Assembly: GCA_036386555.1 (NCBI GenBank)
Contig: DASVVM010000017.1
Span: 10,697-74,696, forward strand
Length of the DNA stretch: 64,000 nucleotides
Origin: Allosphingosinicella sp.
GTDB taxonomy: Bacteria; Pseudomonadota; Alphaproteobacteria; Sphingomonadales; Sphingomonadaceae
Reading direction: 5' to 3'
Made by a program: the position numbers and the translations under genes. Position 1 is the stretch's first letter. Every line of letters starts with the position of its first letter. Of the stretch, positions 61,231 through 64,000 are shown one piece after another. The notes below the pieces were generated by a model. The model saw only the letters and a program-made list of their open reading frames with translations. It had not been told where the DNA came from and did not search any database.

Positions 61231-62772
61231 ATGGGGCTGGCGCGCCTCTTCGCCGGGCTGACCCTCATGGTCGCGGCGCCCGCCTCGGGCCAGGCGGGGT
61301 TCAGCTCGCCGGGGCCCGAAAAGGTGTCCGTCACCGTCTACCGCGACCCCAACCGAGGCGCCGACCAGCCCTTCAACCTGGGCTGGCTGAACGGCTATGC
61401 CCTCATCACCGAGCGGCGGACCGTCGACATTCCGGCCGGCGACTCGGAGATACGCTTCGAAGGCGTCGCCGGCGGAATCCAGCCGGAAAGCGCGATCGTC
61501 ACCGGCCTGCCCGACGGCGTGGTCGAAAAGAATCAGGACAGCTGGCTGCTTTCCCCGGGCAGCCTGCTCGACGCCTCGCTCGGCCGCAGGGTCCACATCC
61601 GCCGGACCTCCCCGGCCACCGGCGAAGTGAGCGAGACGGAGGCGGTGATCCGCTCCGGCGCGGGAGGCGCCGTGGTCCTCGAAACCCCTTCGGGAATCGA
61701 GGCCCTGCGCTGCACCGGCCTGCCCGAGACTCTGGTCTGCGAGCGGGTGCCGCCGGGGCTGTCGGCCAGGCCCACGCTTTCCGTGCGCACCCGCGCCAAG
61801 GCCGCCGCCCGCGCCACGATCACCTTGTCCTATCTCGCCGCGGGCTTCGACTGGCAGGCCGATTACATCGCCGAGGTGTCGCCCGACCGGCGCCGGATCG
61901 ATCTGTTCGCCTGGCTGACCCTCGCCAACGGCGATCCGACCGGCTTCGTCGAGGCGGAAACGCAGGCGGTCGCCGGCAGGCTCAACCGGGAGGAGGCGGA
62001 GCGCCGGCTGGCCGAGGCGCCGCCGATCAACCTCCAATGCTGGCCGCAAGGCACGACCACGAGCGACCTCACCGAGTTCCAGCCGCCGCCGCCGCCGCCG
62101 ATGGAGATCATGGTCAAGGGTTCGCGGGTGGCGCGCGCCAATCTGGAATCGGCGGTGCCCATGATGTCGATCGGCTCGGAACAGCTCTTTCAGGCCCGGC
62201 AGGAGGAGCTCGGCGACCTCAAGCTTTACCGGATTCCCGAGCCTGTCACGGTCGCGGCGAAGAGCCAGAAGCAGGTGGCGCTGCTCCGCCGCACCCGAAT
62301 CCCGGTCGAGATCGCCTATCGGGGTCTGGTCCACAGGGAGGAGACGCGGGGCCTCTCGCCCACCCTCGTCACGCGCAATCGAGAGGAGGAACGGCTGGGC
62401 CTGCCGCTCCCCGCGGGCCGGATCGACTTTTACGAATCCCATTCGGGACGCCGCGTCCTGGTCGGCCGCGGCCAGATGTCCGACACCGCCGTCGGCGAGC
62501 CGGTCGAGGTCGACAGCGGGGTTTCGACCGATGTCGTCTCAACCGTCGTCAAAGAGAAGGACGGCGCCGATTGGGACGAATATCGGATCACCCTGACCAA
62601 CGCCAAGCCCTATGCCGTCATGGCGGAGATGGAGCTCTGGATCTGGAACGACGACGCTCCCCAGGCGATCGGAAAGCGCCTGCCGGAGCGCGACGGAAGG
62701 CCGCTGTGGCGGGTGAAGCTGCCTGCCAACGGAAGCGCCAGCCTGCGCTTCCGCCGGAAGAGCGTCGATTAG
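61231..62772 (+). CDS. DUF4139 domain secreted protein (second subtype)
   Basis: Signal peptide; VSVTVYRDP, LSYLAAGFDWQADY, LGDLKLY, LGLPLPAG. Confidence 0.85.
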   Translation: MGLARLFAGLTLMVAAPASGQAGFSSPGPEKVSVTVYRDPNRGADQPFNLGWLNGYALITERRTVDIPAGDSEIRFEGVAGGIQPESAIVTGLPDGVVEKNQDSWLLSPGSLLDASLGRRVHIRRTSPATGEVSETEAVIRSGAGGAVVLETPSGIEALRCTGLPETLVCERVPPGLSARPTLSVRTRAKAAARATITLSYLAAGFDWQADYIAEVSPDRRRIDLFAWLTLANGDPTGFVEAETQAVAGRLNREEAERRLAEAPPINLQCWPQGTTTSDLTEFQPPPPPPMEIMVKGSRVARANLESAVPMMSIGSEQLFQARQEELGDLKLYRIPEPVTVAAKSQKQVALLRRTRIPVEIAYRGLVHREETRGLSPTLVTRNREEERLGLPLPAGRIDFYESHSGRRVLVGRGQMSDTAVGEPVEVDSGVSTDVVSTVVKEKDGADWDEYRITLTNAKPYAVMAEMELWIWNDDAPQAIGKRLPERDGRPLWRVKLPANGSASLRFRRKSVD

Positions 62773-62975
62773 CCCCGCCCGGCGCGCCCGGGCCGGCACT
62801 CTCGTCGAGCGCGACTGAGGTGAACCCGCCTTCCGCCATCTTCGCCTTGCCGGATCAAGAGCGGATATTTCGTCCCCGTAATTAAATTCTTGCCTATCGT
62901 GGCGGCATGCCCGACCCTCGTCTGATCCGCGTCGAGTCGATTACTGTCCGCGGATCACGAACCGAGGAGGAAGTG

Positions 62976-63272
62976 ATGGCGACGACTCCGAGCACTCCGA
63001 TATCGACTGCGGCGGTGAACTGGCTCACCGGCGACCAGGTCCACATCCGAGTCTATTCGACCGACGGCTATAATGTGACGGAACGTTGCTGGGACGGAAG
63101 CGGGTGGACGGACGGGAGCTTCAAGGCGAGCGGGGAAGCGGTGTCGGCGACCTGCTGGATGGGCGGCGGCGGATTGTCGATCCGGGTCTATTGCACCTTC
63201 GAGGACGTCACGACCGAATGGTGCATCGACCAGGGCGGTGGCTGGTACGTCGGCGCCTATACGACGGTCTGA
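62976..63272 (+). CDS. Fucose-binding lectin, RSL/BambL beta-propeller type
   Basis: GAGGAGG RBS; two blades HIRVY..TERCWDGSGW / SIRVY..TEWCIDQGGGW..GAY. Confidence 0.85.
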   Translation: MATTPSTPISTAAVNWLTGDQVHIRVYSTDGYNVTERCWDGSGWTDGSFKASGEAVSATCWMGGGGLSIRVYCTFEDVTTEWCIDQGGGWYVGAYTTV

Positions 63273-63294
63273 GCGGCTTTCCCAGGCAGCCGGC

Positions 63295-63687
63295 TCAGAC
63301 GGCCGGCAGGGGCCTCGGGCGGTTGTCGGCGTCGAGGGCGACGAAGGTGAAGACTCCTTCCGTGACCTTGACCTGGCGGCTGCCGCGGTCGCGGTCGGCG
63401 ATCACCTCGATCCTGATCGCCATCGACGAGCGGCCGGTGCGCTCGATCCACGCATAGACCGAGATGATGTCGTGGAGCAGGATCGGCGCGATGAACTCCA
63501 TCGCCTCGATGGCGACGGTGGCGACCGGGCCGTCCGCCCGGCGCGACGCGACGATGCCTGCGGCGATGTCCATCTGGCTGAGCACCCATCCGCCGAAAAT
63601 ATGACCGTTCGAGTTGATGTCGCCCGGCCGGGGCACCACCCGCAATATCGGCTCGCGCCGCTCCTCGCCAAGCCCGCCTTGGCTCAC
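63295..63687 (-). CDS. Acyl-CoA thioesterase (YciA-like hotdog)
   Basis: DINSNGHIFGGWVLSQMDIAA. Confidence 0.92.
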   Translation of the reverse strand: MSQGGLGEERREPILRVVPRPGDINSNGHIFGGWVLSQMDIAAGIVASRRADGPVATVAIEAMEFIAPILLHDIISVYAWIERTGRSSMAIRIEVIADRDRGSRQVKVTEGVFTFVALDADNRPRPLPAV

Positions 63688-63980
63688 CGCTGGCCCTCCT
63701 TGCCCGAAGCCGCCTCGTCATGGCCGGTCCGGTCGGACAGGAAGACGAGGCCCATCAAGGCGGTGCCGAGCAGGACCGACAGTCCCACTCCGGCGACCGT
63801 CGCGAGCACCATCTGCCAGGGCATCGCATCGCTCGTCGCCTTCAGCCATGCAACTGCGAGCGCGGCGGCGATCGCGGATGCGAGCGCCATCCACTTCATC
63901 ATCTTCCTGTAGCGGGACCAGGCGAGTGCCGGGGCTTCGGCCTTGGTCGGCAGGGGATCGTGCTGGGGCATGGCCGCCAT
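63684..63980 (-). CDS. Small two-TM hypothetical protein
   Basis: Two hydrophobic segments, LMGLVFLS..GHD; overlaps the thioesterase start. Confidence 0.7.
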   Translation of the reverse strand: MAAMPQHDPLPTKAEAPALAWSRYRKMMKWMALASAIAAALAVAWLKATSDAMPWQMVLATVAGVGLSVLLGTALMGLVFLSDRTGHDEAASGKEGQR

Positions 63981-64000
63981 GTGGCGCGGTCGGCGCCGAT

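Noticed and set aside
62907-62975. TonB-box-like ESITVRGSR upstream of the lectin
   Set aside because: A strong RBS precedes ATG 62976, which matches the RSL length; the upstream codons are probably untranslated

Overview
GC-rich alphaproteobacterial chromosome segment; gene content and repeat types suggest Sphingomonadaceae (inference). The backbone is housekeeping: clpB, purEK, gpmA, galE, rpmJ, pyk, a GapR-like gene, yebC-ruvC-ruvA//ruvB, ybgC-tolQRAB-pal, ispG and hisS-prfA-prmC, with many peptidases between them. Non-core content includes five Fe(II)/2-oxoglutarate oxygenases of four families within 27 kb, three with TPR-like N-termini. One AspH gene clusters with a sulfotransferase-like gene and a TauD gene, bracketed by two genes sharing a small two-Cys domain. 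Also present: two RTX proteins with a shared upstream motif, two DUF4139 genes (one with a TonB-receptor-like N-terminal segment inside it), an RSL-type fucose lectin, a stand-alone LigD polymerase and two disrupted genes. About 20 non-autonomous palindromic repeats of three families occur, many directly behind stop codons; one appears to be translated in-frame as the N-terminus of PrmC. No rRNA, tRNA, CRISPR array, transposase or prophage was recognised. All calls come from motif recognition by eye; no searches were run.
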